DNA from: a virus
Taxonomy: Duplodnaviria; Caudoviricetes
DNA length: 52,809 bases
IMG/VR virus record: IMGVR_UViG_3300030430_003806
Location: 1 to 52,809 of that record
Reading direction: 5' to 3' (one strand)
Position numbers and translations under genes: made by a program. Position 1 is the first letter of the stretch. Every line of letters begins with the position of its first letter. This document shows positions 27,647 to 38,779 of the stretch, in pieces. Under the pieces are notes generated by a model. That model did not search any database. It was not told the DNA's origin and saw only the letters and a list, made by a program, of their open reading frames with translations.

Positions 27647-30600
27647 TAGAAAAAGATACATACAATACAGATGCAAAAAAAGCTATTTCAGAATATGACA
27701 ATTCTGAAACAAATAGAATTAATAGTTTATTTGATAATATTGTTGTAGGGGAAATACCTAATCAAGAAGCGTCTAATTATTTTAGAGGTCTTGGTGCATT
27801 GGGTTCTGCACAGGCATCACAACCACAAGAACAACCATTGCAAGAAATGCTTGATCCAAGAGCTGCAATAGGCACAGGTAGACAAAGATTTGTAAGAGGT
27901 TTTAAAGCAGGTTGGGGTGATTTGTTGTATGGATCAGGTGACACATATGACTTTATAAAATCATTTTTAACACCAGGAGAACCACAGCCAGACAGTAAAA
28001 TAGGTAATTATTTAAGAAACATAGGAGAGCAATATCAAAACGATAATGTATTAGCTTTATCAAAAGATTTTGATGATATGTCATTTTCTGATTTATTCAA
28101 AGGTGAATTTTATAGCTCTAAGTTTTCTAGACTATTACCATATGCTTTATCATTTGTAGTGCCATATGGAACAGGATCTATATTAGCAACAAGAGCTATG
28201 GGTAGGTATGGTGTGAAAGTTTTATCAAAGTTTGGTAAAGCTGGAAAATTTGCTACACCTGGTACTGGTTTAGCTGGAAAATTTGTATACGATGCAGGTA
28301 AAAAAGGATTAAAGGCAACAAAACTAGCAAAAAAGACTTCTGGTTTAGTAGGTGGTGGTTTAACAGCAAACTTAGTAGAAGGTGCGTATTTATCTGGAGA
28401 AGCATATAATACTATGATTAACGAAAAAGACGCAAACGGTAATCCATTATTTACACCAAAAGAAGCCTCTAGACAAGCTGTAGGCGTTATGGGTGACAAT
28501 ATGAAATGGGCTGGTCTTGATATTTTACAATATGGTTTGTTATTTGGTGGTCTTGGTAGAACGGCAGGTTTTAACATAGGAGCAGTAATGAAAAATGTAA
28601 GACCGCAAAAAATTAAATTTTCAACTAATATTAGAACACTATCAGCTTCATTAATGAAAAAAATATTACCCAATTTACCTGCTGCAGGATTATATGCAAG
28701 TCTTGAGGGATTAACTGAAGGGTTTCAAGAAGTATATCAAGAATGGGCTAAATATGCAAATATACAAGAAGCAAAAGGATTAGAATATGATGACTGGACA
28801 GACTGGTTAAAAACCGCACCAACTGATCAAGCACCTAAAGAGATCAAAGATATTTTTTGGTCAAGCGTAGGTTTAGGCGGTACATTAGGTGGAGTCAGAG
28901 GATATTTTGATTCTGCTGCAGAAAGAACAAAAGCATTTAATGATAAATCTGATCGTGTAAATAAACAAATAGATTTATGGGAACAAAGTTATGAAGATAG
29001 TGCTGCAGGTCAAAGAATGCAAGATGCAATTTTAGCAGAACAAGTTTGGAACTACTATGGTGATGGAACGTATTCAAAAAATCAAATACAACAACAAGTA
29101 GATAGCGGTAAAATGACACAAGAAAGTGCAGACATTTTATTTGAAGCTATAGATAATTTAGAAACTGCATATGAAAAACATACAATAAATTCAGGCCTTA
29201 CTGAAAGTGGAGCGCAGGCAGCTTTCTTCTATGAAGTTGAATTATCTAGAATAAAACAGGAAAAGAAATCTTTAGAAGAATCAAAAAATGAACAAATAGA
29301 TAAAATTTCTAAGGTTATAAAAAATAAAGAAAATCTACAAGAAAAAGTAGATGCAATAGAAAAAGAATACAATGAATTAGTTGAGAAAAAAAATCAAGAG
29401 GAAGCACAATTAAATCAAGAAATTGAGTTTTTGTATACAAGAAAAAAAGACACAGCGCCTAAAACAAAAGCAGGCGCTAGAGATAAAAGATTTAAACCTG
29501 CAGGACTCACTGACCAAGAGTTTGAAACACTTACACAGGAAGGTGAACAACAAAGACAAGAAAGAGAAGCTCAAGAAAAAAAAGATCAACCATCAAGATT
29601 ACAAAGAGTAACAGAAACAGCTAAGAAAGCTGGGGCAGCTGTTGTGACTGGCGCACAAAATGTTATTCAGGCTGGTAGAGATCGTATTAAATCTATTCAA
29701 GACAAAAGAGCAGAAAATAGAAAAATAAAAGATGCGGTAAATCAGATTGATGAAATGGAAAACATTACATCTAGCGCAAAAACAAAATTAAAAGAAGCAG
29801 TTGAAAATGGTGAAGTTACTGTAGAGGATGCTTTAAATATAAAAGGCACTGGTAGAGACGGCAACATCAACAACAAAGATGTTAATTTACTTAAAAAACG
29901 ACAAGAAAGGAAAGATACACAAGCCGAAGAAACGTCTCCTGAAACTCCAGAAGACGTAAAAAAAAAAGACCAAAATAGAGTAGTTCCTAAATCAAGGGAC
30001 TATCAAGAGGTAGAATCTAAAGGTTCTAGAACTCTTGAAAAATCAAAAATAGAAAAAGGTAGAGGTAAGTCATATTACACTATTGTTAAGGATGGTGAAA
30101 AAATATCTTACGTTGATCAAGAAGGCAGATCAGATGTGTTTGTTTTAGAAGATCAAGATGTAGATATAGAGCTAGAAGTTCGTAGTCCACAAAAAGGTCA
30201 AGAAAATGTAGTTAACATTGACGGTCAATTATTTTTTGAGTTTAATAATAAACTATATGAGTCTGAGATTATTGTAAAAGCGAATGGAGTTGAAATCGGT
30301 AAAGTAGCACAAAGAGATTTTGCAAAAGGATTTAAAAGAAAAGCTAAAAAGACTTCAAACAAATCTGTACTTGATAAAGTAAAACAAAAAATTAAAAAGA
30401 AACAAAAAGATGTCAAGGATTATGTTTCTGCAATAAAAGATACAAGGCAAGATCCAGATGAATATGTAGGACTAAAAGCATATGCGCAAAGCGGTGGTAG
30501 AACATCTTTGTATGAGTATAGCTATATTAAATCTATAGTTGATAAAAAGTTTCCTGGCTTCAAAGGTATTCTTATGGATAATCTTATTGATGACTATGGA

Positions 30601-33600
30601 CAAAAATCAGTAGCGCTTGCATTTGGTAATATAATACTTATAAATAGAGATCAAGTTACGCAAACAACGGCTGTTCACGAGGCTGGACATATATACTATA
30701 CGTTACAAAAGAACACGCCATTAATGAAGCGTATACGTAAACTATTATACAGAAGTAAGATCTATGAAGATATTAGAAGAGAGTATCCAGAACTTATACT
30801 TATTAATTATAAAGGAGATAAAATTACTTTAGGAGAACTGTATGATAGAATCAAAACAGATCAATCTCCTAATGTAGATAATGCCATGGTCAGTTTAGCT
30901 AATGAACTTCAAGAAGCAGAAATAGCAAACGATAATACTAAGATAAATGAATTGTTTAATGGCTTATTGTTATTAGCTAAAGGCGACGGAGCTAAAGAAG
31001 TTAGAAGAGATTTGCAAGACCATGTTATAGAAGAAGCATTTGTTAGAACTTTAGAAAATTATTCAAATGGTACAGCTGATTCTGTAATTGAAGGTACATT
31101 AGCTAGAGAACAATTAGAAAAAGACATTATAGAGTTTTATAAAAAAACTAAAGATATAGCTACTGATGAAGAGGCTAGAGAGTTTTTGAACATAGCGGTA
31201 GCTGACATTGAAAATTTAAATCTTGAAACTGCAATAAAGTATGTATTAACTAATTTTGAAGCTAACAATGGTAAGATACCTAAGATTAGAAATAGTGCAT
31301 ATGGGGCAAGAAAAAGAGCATCTAAAGACAAAACAAGACGTATAAGCGGACATTCAGTAATATATTCACACATTAGTAAGTATATAGGTAAAGCACAATC
31401 AACAGATCAGATTACTGCAAGTGTATTGAAAGACCTACAAAAAAACTACAATTTGAGTGAAGAGCAGGTAGCCGATATAAAAACATACATAGAGGCTACA
31501 GTTGAAAAATCAAATAATAAGATACAGTATAAGCAAGGAAACAAAAGGTTTGAAAAACTTTTAGATGATGTAAGTCAAGAGTCTGAAACTCTTAATGATA
31601 TAGAAGCTAGAGAAGAAAAAGATCTTGCAATGTCTACTACCATGTCAAATGTTATGTCAAATATTGTAAGCATATATAATGGTAGAAATCCAGATAATCC
31701 AATGTCACTTAAAAAATTAATGGCAAAGTTAATAGGATTAGCAAAAGACAATAAATATGATTCATATCTGTTTATAACTGCAGCCAGACAAGAAACAGAT
31801 GAAATAGCAAACATGTTTAGCGTATTGGATCAAGTATATCTTAATCCAAGACTAAGTAACGCAAAGCTGCTAGAAATGAAAATGTTTTTTGATAATGTAC
31901 AAATAGAAAACTTTACAAAAAATGCATTAGTTATAGAAGATAAAGGTGTTAGAAGTTGGAGGCAATTTGATGCAACTAGTAGCACACTTGAAAATAGAGT
32001 TGTTACATCTTTACTTAATAAAATAAAAAAAGATCAAAATAAAATAGGGCCCAAACTAGCAGCAGTATATAACGAGCTGTTTGATAAAGATGCTAATAGT
32101 ATATACAACAGAAGAATAGCTGCAAAAAAATATTTAGATAATTTATTTGAAGATGTTGAAAATGCAGGACTTATAGATAAAGATGCTGTATTAAATAACT
32201 TACTATATTTTGATGGCAGAAGAGATTATTTACACAATATATTATTTGATCATACAATAAATAAGTTTGGTAATCCAGATCTTAAAACCAAAGGTCTTAT
32301 GGCTTTTGCAAACAAAAAATTTGTTTTCAAAACAAAAGCATTTACTCCAGGTATATTCAATAAGCAAATAGAACTAAGACAAATACTTACACAATCTTTA
32401 ATACTGTCTAGAGCATCAAACTATTTATCTATAGTTGATAATGTAGAAAATCAAGGTGTAAGTATTCTTAACAAAGAAAATAGCTTACACAATAAGTCTA
32501 TGCGTATAGCAAATAGAGTAAATAACAATGAAGAGTTTTCTAAAAAAAATATATTACATCCTGACAACAATATATTTACAGCTATACTTGAGCAAAGAAA
32601 AAAGAATGGAGAGCTTGTAAATGACAACAAAGATATAATTACAAACCCACTAGGAATAAGTATAAATTCAGGATTGATGACTTATCTTAAAAGTGGTGTA
32701 GAAGCAGAAAGATATGTTGATAAATCATTAGCATATACAAGAATGTCATCTATAGAACTACTAGCAAGTGATTATTTTCAATTTATTTCTCAGTACAATA
32801 AAAACAAAAACAAAAAATCATTTTTCTATCAGCAACCAATAGCTGTATTTTCAGATAAAAGCAGAAGGTATTACGTTGATGCATTAGCTGCACATAATGA
32901 TACTACTACAAAAATTATATTAGATAAAATTAAAAACAATCCTGCGTATAAAGATACATATACAGATGGATCAAGAGTTTTTCCTTTTGATATAACTAAT
33001 AATCAAATTAGTAATATTAAACAACTTGAAAAAGAATTTAATAATTATATAGAAAAAAACATAGAATTATTTAAGGGTAATAAAGACTTTGTAAAAAATA
33101 ATCCTGCTAATAAATTTTTCTTAACATCATATATTGCCAATAAGTTTATGGCACAACAGTTTTTTATACATGATCATAGACAATCTAAAAATGAAATAGA
33201 TTATATAAAAAGAACTGCTGGTGCAATAGCTAGCGGTACACCATATGATAGAAATGCTCAAGTAGAAATGATTATATACAAAGATACTTTTGATAACGAA
33301 GGCAATATACAAAATGATGCTATGGGGTATATGTTACCAGAACAAATACAAGAGGTTTCAGAAAAGTTTGGTGACATTCAAAAGGTTGGTAGTGTATTGA
33401 AGTTTGTATATTATCATACAGACATAGACACAAACGAAACAGTGTATTTAAAGTTTGCTGTCCATCCTATTACCAAAACCATGGAAGATAACAGTGAAGC
33501 GTTTAAAAAAATAGCTGATGATCTAAGAGCTAGACATACAGAAATATCTGAAGTAGTTATAAAAGATTTTGATGGAGAAAATATTTTTTTACATGGAAAC

Positions 33601-36600
33601 TTAGTTCTAGCAGTATCAGAATCATCTACCAAAGTATTTAAAAAAGGTGTAGAAAATAGTGAGTATGTATATGATATTTTTGAAAATACAGAAACTATAA
33701 ATCAAAAACAAAATGAGCTTTATTTAGGAGATGACTATCAAGCATTATCTGGCGAGGGTTTACGTATTCAGTTGGAGCTAGACAAACAATCTAACGAAAG
33801 ATTTTATCCATCACAATTATTTTATCATTTACATACTAACATTGATAGAGATGGTAAACCATTTATTGATAGCATGACTAATAGTCGTACAGAAGTAATG
33901 AATGAAAATAACGAAAGTCGTAACAGAAATATAATAGAAGTTGGTGATAACAAAAATGTATATAAAGAAAGAGATGAGCTTTTGTCATCCGTTAGCTCTA
34001 ATATATATGGACCGCTTATAGAAAACTTTTTTTCATATGCAGATCCAAGATATCCATATATAAATGGTCCTTACAATGCAGCAGCATTAGGAAGGGTGGC
34101 GCATAAGGGTACAAAGATGTATACAAAAGGTAGTATTGCATATCAGTCATCTGATCTAGGATTAAATTTAGAATCATACAAAAAAGTTTCTGACTATTAT
34201 GATGATAATGGTAATTATACTGGAGAAACCAATACGACATCACAAAAAATATTCAAAAGAAAACTAGACCTATTACTAGAAACAAAACCAAATACTATTG
34301 TTTCTGAAGCGTGGATACCAAGCTATATGAAACAACAGGGTGTAGAGATCGGAGATTTGTTTATTGGTACAAGAATACCTGCTCATGGTAAAGTAAGTAG
34401 TTCTGTTTTTATTATAAAAGAGTTTCACGAGAAGGTTGCTAACACACCTAGTAGTAATATTACAATACCTGCAAAGGTAAGTGCAGCTTGGGGTGCAGAC
34501 TTAGACGGAGATAGTGTGCATATGAATTTTAAATATACAGAAGAAGAGGCTAGAAAAACAAATTGGAAAAGAGCAAGCAATTTATTTTTTGACAACTATG
34601 TGCAATTAGTAAGTAATGATAATAAAACAGGTGAAACACAGGCGGTTATAGATATTAAAGATACAGTAGAAAAAATATTAGGTACAGAAACCCCAACCAC
34701 AGATAGTCAATTATTACCAACTGGTGATGCTTTAGTGTTTGAAAACAATGTTCCAGGAAAAAAATTAGTTGGTATTATAGCAGCATTGCAAAGAACATAT
34801 AATATATTTTCACACAATAATGAACCAACTCCTGTACCTATAACAATAAATGGTAAGCGTGTAACAAACTTTAATGATCAAAACAAAGACGAGTGGTTTG
34901 GTGTAGCGCAGTTATTGAACATTGCATTAGATAATGCTAAGTTTCAATACACAGAAAGATTAGGACTTACTTATCAAAGTGTTTTTTCATTTGTAACACT
35001 TAAAAGATTAGGATTTGATCTTAATGATATTGTTCAGATATACAATAGTGATCTTGTTAAAGAATACATGGAGTTTAAAAAATCTAGAAGTAGAAACTAT
35101 TTATCTAGAAATAGTGATATTGAAAAACTTTTTGATAAAGAATCGGATATTAGCTATAATGAATTAGTTGAGTTTTTAAGAACTAGATACAAGGGTATTG
35201 TACTAGGTAAAAAATATAATGCAGTTGCCTGGAATAAAATAACAGATCGTATAAAAGATGGACTATCTATTAATACCAATCAACTTAATGAGCAAGCACA
35301 ATTAGATGCTGTGCTTTTAATCTATACATTAGAACAATTCAATAAAGATGTTGTTAGGCCGTTTGGTAAAGCATTTACTATTCATCAAAATATAGAAAAA
35401 AATCCTGTTGAGTTAAAATCTGTGTATGAACAGATTGAAAAAATTAGAACAGAGTCAATAGTAATTAATGAAAAAAAACAAGGTGGTCTTAATATAGAAT
35501 ATAAACTTGGTAATAGTGCAAACAATAACATTGTAACACATGCGCAAAGTATATTTCAAAAAGTTTTGAATAGAGCCAGTATAACTGATTTAAGATACAC
35601 ACCATATGTGCAAAGTATTATTGCTACTGAAATTGGACAAAACTATTTAAATGATGAAAAAAGAGCTTCTAATAAAACTGAAATTATAAATCAAGTTATT
35701 ACTAACAATCTTATAAATAAATTACCGCAACTTCAGATTTATGATAGGCAAACTTTAATAGCTGAACTAGAAGATATGAAAACTAGATACATAGGTAATG
35801 GTTTTCTTAATATTTTAGAAATAGTAAAAAATGCAGATGGAGTAGAATTTATTACTCTATCTAGTAAAATTAACGATCTAATCAGTAAAACAGAAATAGA
35901 AAACATACAAAGTGAATTTGCTAAATTAAGTATTGAAGATAAAAATAAAATATTTAGCATGGAGGCGGAGTTCAATAAGTTTGGTTATACAGGCTATCCA
36001 AAAGCCATTTCTTTTGCACCATTTTTTGATGTACAATATATGGAAAGCATTAATGATGATATTGATGCTATGGTTGAATCAGAAAATAAAATTGAAGAGG
36101 ATCAGATTTTAGTTAAGCTAGATGAAGCGGCTAGATTAGTTTCATTTAAAAAAGATAAATATAGTCTAAATGATAGAGTAGACAATGCTAGCAAAAAAAG
36201 CAGAGATATACCAATAACAAGAAAAAAAGCTAAAAAAGCATATGGTTCACGTACATCATTCAACAGAGATGCGCTATCTGGTGAAACAAAAAAATATTCA
36301 TTTAATCAGTGGGTAGCTGATAAGGGTATAGATAAGAAAAAAATATCTAGAGATTCAATGACATTTAAATTATTGAAAGATAGATATGCTACATATGAAC
36401 AAGACTATGATATTGTAAAAGAATTTGAAGGTAGTTTAAAGCGTAAGCCACTTTCAAGATATAGTTTTGCAGATTTAGAAAAAACAATAAGAAAGTTTTA
36501 TAAACTTGATAATGCAGCTAGTCAATTTGTATTATACAAAATGGAGCTACAATTAGGAAAACTTGTTTTTCGTAAACAAGCAGAGTTTTTAAGATCAAAA

Positions 36601-38739
36601 GCAGGTCAACAAAACTTTAAGTACAATATTCCAGGTGAAGATGGTACGCCACAAAGCGATATATCTGGCTTTAGACTATGGTTAGGATCTAATAATATGA
36701 CATCTGATAGACCAGAAATACAAGAGTTAATAAATACAGCAGAAAGAGAATATACTTCATATGTAAATAGATTTAGAGAATATAGAAAAGCAATAAATGG
36801 TGCATATAATAAATTATATAATTCAAAAGTATCAGATCTAACAATAATTGAAAGAGTAAAAAAAGAATTTTTACTACAACAAAAGTATGAATTTATATTT
36901 GGTAATATAATCAAAGTAGATAATGGTAAGATAAGATTACTTAATAGTAAAGAATACAATAGAGCAAAAGCATCACTATCTAAAGAAGAAAGAGATTATT
37001 ATGAAATGTATAGAGATGTAACGGCTAGACTATTTAGAGGTCAGCAAAGAGCTGGTAATGATGCGTTGTTTTCATATGTACATGGAGCAAGTATGAGATC
37101 TTTAGAAGCTATGGATAAGAATGGCATGTTTGGTTTGTATGATATGATTATAGATTCAACTGATTATAATCGTGTAAAAGTAAGGGGTAAGGATCTAGAT
37201 GGTAAAATAAAACTTAAAACATTCTATGAGTGGAAATATGATGTGTACAAAAACAAAAGCACATTCGGTGGATTAAGAGAACTAAATAAACTTAGAGCAA
37301 AAGCTAAAAGATTTAAAAAACAAGGCATCAATGAGGATGGATCAAAAATACTATTGTCAGATGTAGAAATAGATGCACTAATAAACAACGGTCAGCTACT
37401 ACAAAAGATGTTGGATAAAAACATTAAAGGAGCATCTGATATAGATCTTGAAATAATTAAAGAGTATGAAAGACGAAGAGGTGCAGCTTTAGAATTTGCT
37501 ACTATGGATATCAATACAGCTTTACTTGAGTTTGCCAGAGGTAGTTTATTTTCTAATGGCGATTCTGAGTTTGGAGGTATGAAACAAACTAGTATACTTA
37601 CTAATGCTGCTATAGCATATAATAAAAATCTAAACAACGAGAATGCAGTCAAGTATTTGACTGAGTGGTGGAAACAAGGCTTTTTAGGTAAACAACAACA
37701 AACAAGTATATTTGGAGAAACAGGCGACAAGGTGATAGATGGATTTGTAAGTCTTACGTCATTAAGATTATTAGGATTTAATTTATCAGTTGGTGTAGGT
37801 AACTTATTAGCTGGTAAATACCAAGAATTACGTAAGCGTGGTGGTAGACAATTTATTACAGGAGAAGATAGATATTTTAGAAATAGAGGTAAGTCATTAG
37901 AAATACTTAAAAAATATAGGGTTATACAGCATAGCTTTGATGATTTTGTTCATTTATCTGAAGGTAAGGGTTTATGGGGTAAAATAGAAAAAGCATCATT
38001 TATCTTTATGGATAAAACGGAACACTATATACAGGGTGCTGCATTTTTAGGATTTCTTACAAATCAAGAGTTCAACACTGGTGAGATCAGTGAGTTAAGG
38101 GTTAGAGAAATAAATAACAGAATAGCAACATTACATGGTGAGGGTTATACGGCCTTAGACGCATCACTATTATCTATGTATTCATATGGTAGATCTTTAC
38201 TACAATTTAAGAAATGGTGGCTAACATTATTTGCTGATCGTTTTGGATCAGAGCAGATTAATAGATTTGGCGAAGTAACTATTGGAAGTTATACTGCAGC
38301 CACACAATATACAAGAGACATCTTTCAAAAATATTTTAGAGGTGAGATTACTATGGTAGACTTTTTTGAAGAGTATAAAAAACTATCACCTGCACGTCAA
38401 GAAGAAATAAAAAGTTTTATGCGGGGTATTGGTATTACTGTAGCAATACTATCTATGATAGCTATATTGGAAGACGATGATGATCCAGATACAGAGGTTA
38501 TCAAAGCTCTTAAAAAACTAGAAAATGATATATATGCAGCTACAGATATAGATAGATTTATTGGGTATACTATTATACCTGCATCTATTGCTACTGGTGA
38601 AACAGCAGTTGATTTTATAGGTGAAGTTGCGTTAGACAAAAAAGATAGACTAGGTAGAAGTAAAGCTTTACGTACACTAAAAACAGAATTGATTCCTGGT
38701 TCTAGTTTAGTTGAAGGAATAGAAAACCTTATAGATTAA
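27643..38739 (+). CDS. Virion-packaged two-barrel RNA polymerase polyprotein with a zincin-like domain
   Basis: 3698 aa; RIPAHG...GADLDGD catalytic loop (34492-34512), DYIKR, NDAMGY, KFVY and YLKF motifs; VHEAGH plus a downstream EE (about 30670-31040); hydrophobic segments at both termini. Confidence 0.9.
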   Translation: MIEKDTYNTDAKKAISEYDNSETNRINSLFDNIVVGEIPNQEASNYFRGLGALGSAQASQPQEQPLQEMLDPRAAIGTGRQRFVRGFKAGWGDLLYGSGDTYDFIKSFLTPGEPQPDSKIGNYLRNIGEQYQNDNVLALSKDFDDMSFSDLFKGEFYSSKFSRLLPYALSFVVPYGTGSILATRAMGRYGVKVLSKFGKAGKFATPGTGLAGKFVYDAGKKGLKATKLAKKTSGLVGGGLTANLVEGAYLSGEAYNTMINEKDANGNPLFTPKEASRQAVGVMGDNMKWAGLDILQYGLLFGGLGRTAGFNIGAVMKNVRPQKIKFSTNIRTLSASLMKKILPNLPAAGLYASLEGLTEGFQEVYQEWAKYANIQEAKGLEYDDWTDWLKTAPTDQAPKEIKDIFWSSVGLGGTLGGVRGYFDSAAERTKAFNDKSDRVNKQIDLWEQSYEDSAAGQRMQDAILAEQVWNYYGDGTYSKNQIQQQVDSGKMTQESADILFEAIDNLETAYEKHTINSGLTESGAQAAFFYEVELSRIKQEKKSLEESKNEQIDKISKVIKNKENLQEKVDAIEKEYNELVEKKNQEEAQLNQEIEFLYTRKKDTAPKTKAGARDKRFKPAGLTDQEFETLTQEGEQQRQEREAQEKKDQPSRLQRVTETAKKAGAAVVTGAQNVIQAGRDRIKSIQDKRAENRKIKDAVNQIDEMENITSSAKTKLKEAVENGEVTVEDALNIKGTGRDGNINNKDVNLLKKRQERKDTQAEETSPETPEDVKKKDQNRVVPKSRDYQEVESKGSRTLEKSKIEKGRGKSYYTIVKDGEKISYVDQEGRSDVFVLEDQDVDIELEVRSPQKGQENVVNIDGQLFFEFNNKLYESEIIVKANGVEIGKVAQRDFAKGFKRKAKKTSNKSVLDKVKQKIKKKQKDVKDYVSAIKDTRQDPDEYVGLKAYAQSGGRTSLYEYSYIKSIVDKKFPGFKGILMDNLIDDYGQKSVALAFGNIILINRDQVTQTTAVHEAGHIYYTLQKNTPLMKRIRKLLYRSKIYEDIRREYPELILINYKGDKITLGELYDRIKTDQSPNVDNAMVSLANELQEAEIANDNTKINELFNGLLLLAKGDGAKEVRRDLQDHVIEEAFVRTLENYSNGTADSVIEGTLAREQLEKDIIEFYKKTKDIATDEEAREFLNIAVADIENLNLETAIKYVLTNFEANNGKIPKIRNSAYGARKRASKDKTRRISGHSVIYSHISKYIGKAQSTDQITASVLKDLQKNYNLSEEQVADIKTYIEATVEKSNNKIQYKQGNKRFEKLLDDVSQESETLNDIEAREEKDLAMSTTMSNVMSNIVSIYNGRNPDNPMSLKKLMAKLIGLAKDNKYDSYLFITAARQETDEIANMFSVLDQVYLNPRLSNAKLLEMKMFFDNVQIENFTKNALVIEDKGVRSWRQFDATSSTLENRVVTSLLNKIKKDQNKIGPKLAAVYNELFDKDANSIYNRRIAAKKYLDNLFEDVENAGLIDKDAVLNNLLYFDGRRDYLHNILFDHTINKFGNPDLKTKGLMAFANKKFVFKTKAFTPGIFNKQIELRQILTQSLILSRASNYLSIVDNVENQGVSILNKENSLHNKSMRIANRVNNNEEFSKKNILHPDNNIFTAILEQRKKNGELVNDNKDIITNPLGISINSGLMTYLKSGVEAERYVDKSLAYTRMSSIELLASDYFQFISQYNKNKNKKSFFYQQPIAVFSDKSRRYYVDALAAHNDTTTKIILDKIKNNPAYKDTYTDGSRVFPFDITNNQISNIKQLEKEFNNYIEKNIELFKGNKDFVKNNPANKFFLTSYIANKFMAQQFFIHDHRQSKNEIDYIKRTAGAIASGTPYDRNAQVEMIIYKDTFDNEGNIQNDAMGYMLPEQIQEVSEKFGDIQKVGSVLKFVYYHTDIDTNETVYLKFAVHPITKTMEDNSEAFKKIADDLRARHTEISEVVIKDFDGENIFLHGNLVLAVSESSTKVFKKGVENSEYVYDIFENTETINQKQNELYLGDDYQALSGEGLRIQLELDKQSNERFYPSQLFYHLHTNIDRDGKPFIDSMTNSRTEVMNENNESRNRNIIEVGDNKNVYKERDELLSSVSSNIYGPLIENFFSYADPRYPYINGPYNAAALGRVAHKGTKMYTKGSIAYQSSDLGLNLESYKKVSDYYDDNGNYTGETNTTSQKIFKRKLDLLLETKPNTIVSEAWIPSYMKQQGVEIGDLFIGTRIPAHGKVSSSVFIIKEFHEKVANTPSSNITIPAKVSAAWGADLDGDSVHMNFKYTEEEARKTNWKRASNLFFDNYVQLVSNDNKTGETQAVIDIKDTVEKILGTETPTTDSQLLPTGDALVFENNVPGKKLVGIIAALQRTYNIFSHNNEPTPVPITINGKRVTNFNDQNKDEWFGVAQLLNIALDNAKFQYTERLGLTYQSVFSFVTLKRLGFDLNDIVQIYNSDLVKEYMEFKKSRSRNYLSRNSDIEKLFDKESDISYNELVEFLRTRYKGIVLGKKYNAVAWNKITDRIKDGLSINTNQLNEQAQLDAVLLIYTLEQFNKDVVRPFGKAFTIHQNIEKNPVELKSVYEQIEKIRTESIVINEKKQGGLNIEYKLGNSANNNIVTHAQSIFQKVLNRASITDLRYTPYVQSIIATEIGQNYLNDEKRASNKTEIINQVITNNLINKLPQLQIYDRQTLIAELEDMKTRYIGNGFLNILEIVKNADGVEFITLSSKINDLISKTEIENIQSEFAKLSIEDKNKIFSMEAEFNKFGYTGYPKAISFAPFFDVQYMESINDDIDAMVESENKIEEDQILVKLDEAARLVSFKKDKYSLNDRVDNASKKSRDIPITRKKAKKAYGSRTSFNRDALSGETKKYSFNQWVADKGIDKKKISRDSMTFKLLKDRYATYEQDYDIVKEFEGSLKRKPLSRYSFADLEKTIRKFYKLDNAASQFVLYKMELQLGKLVFRKQAEFLRSKAGQQNFKYNIPGEDGTPQSDISGFRLWLGSNNMTSDRPEIQELINTAEREYTSYVNRFREYRKAINGAYNKLYNSKVSDLTIIERVKKEFLLQQKYEFIFGNIIKVDNGKIRLLNSKEYNRAKASLSKEERDYYEMYRDVTARLFRGQQRAGNDALFSYVHGASMRSLEAMDKNGMFGLYDMIIDSTDYNRVKVRGKDLDGKIKLKTFYEWKYDVYKNKSTFGGLRELNKLRAKAKRFKKQGINEDGSKILLSDVEIDALINNGQLLQKMLDKNIKGASDIDLEIIKEYERRRGAALEFATMDINTALLEFARGSLFSNGDSEFGGMKQTSILTNAAIAYNKNLNNENAVKYLTEWWKQGFLGKQQQTSIFGETGDKVIDGFVSLTSLRLLGFNLSVGVGNLLAGKYQELRKRGGRQFITGEDRYFRNRGKSLEILKKYRVIQHSFDDFVHLSEGKGLWGKIEKASFIFMDKTEHYIQGAAFLGFLTNQEFNTGEISELRVREINNRIATLHGEGYTALDASLLSMYSYGRSLLQFKKWWLTLFADRFGSEQINRFGEVTIGSYTAATQYTRDIFQKYFRGEITMVDFFEEYKKLSPARQEEIKSFMRGIGITVAILSMIAILEDDDDPDTEVIKALKKLENDIYAATDIDRFIGYTIIPASIATGETAVDFIGEVALDKKDRLGRSKALRTLKTELIPGSSLVEGIENLID

Positions 38740-38751
38740 CAATATAAGAAG

Positions 38752-38767
38752 AAATTTATTAACTTTG
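38752..38767 (+). promoter_or_regulatory. Late promoter motif AAATTTAT-TAACTTTG
   Basis: TAnnTTTG at 38760-38767, upstream of ATG 38780. Confidence 0.65.
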
Positions 38768-38779
38768 TAAAAAATTCAA

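Noticed and set aside
29423-29611. Out-of-frame + strand ORFs (also 44074-44379 and 48152-48400)
   Set aside because: They are nested in well-supported genes with no evident start context or frameshift signal.
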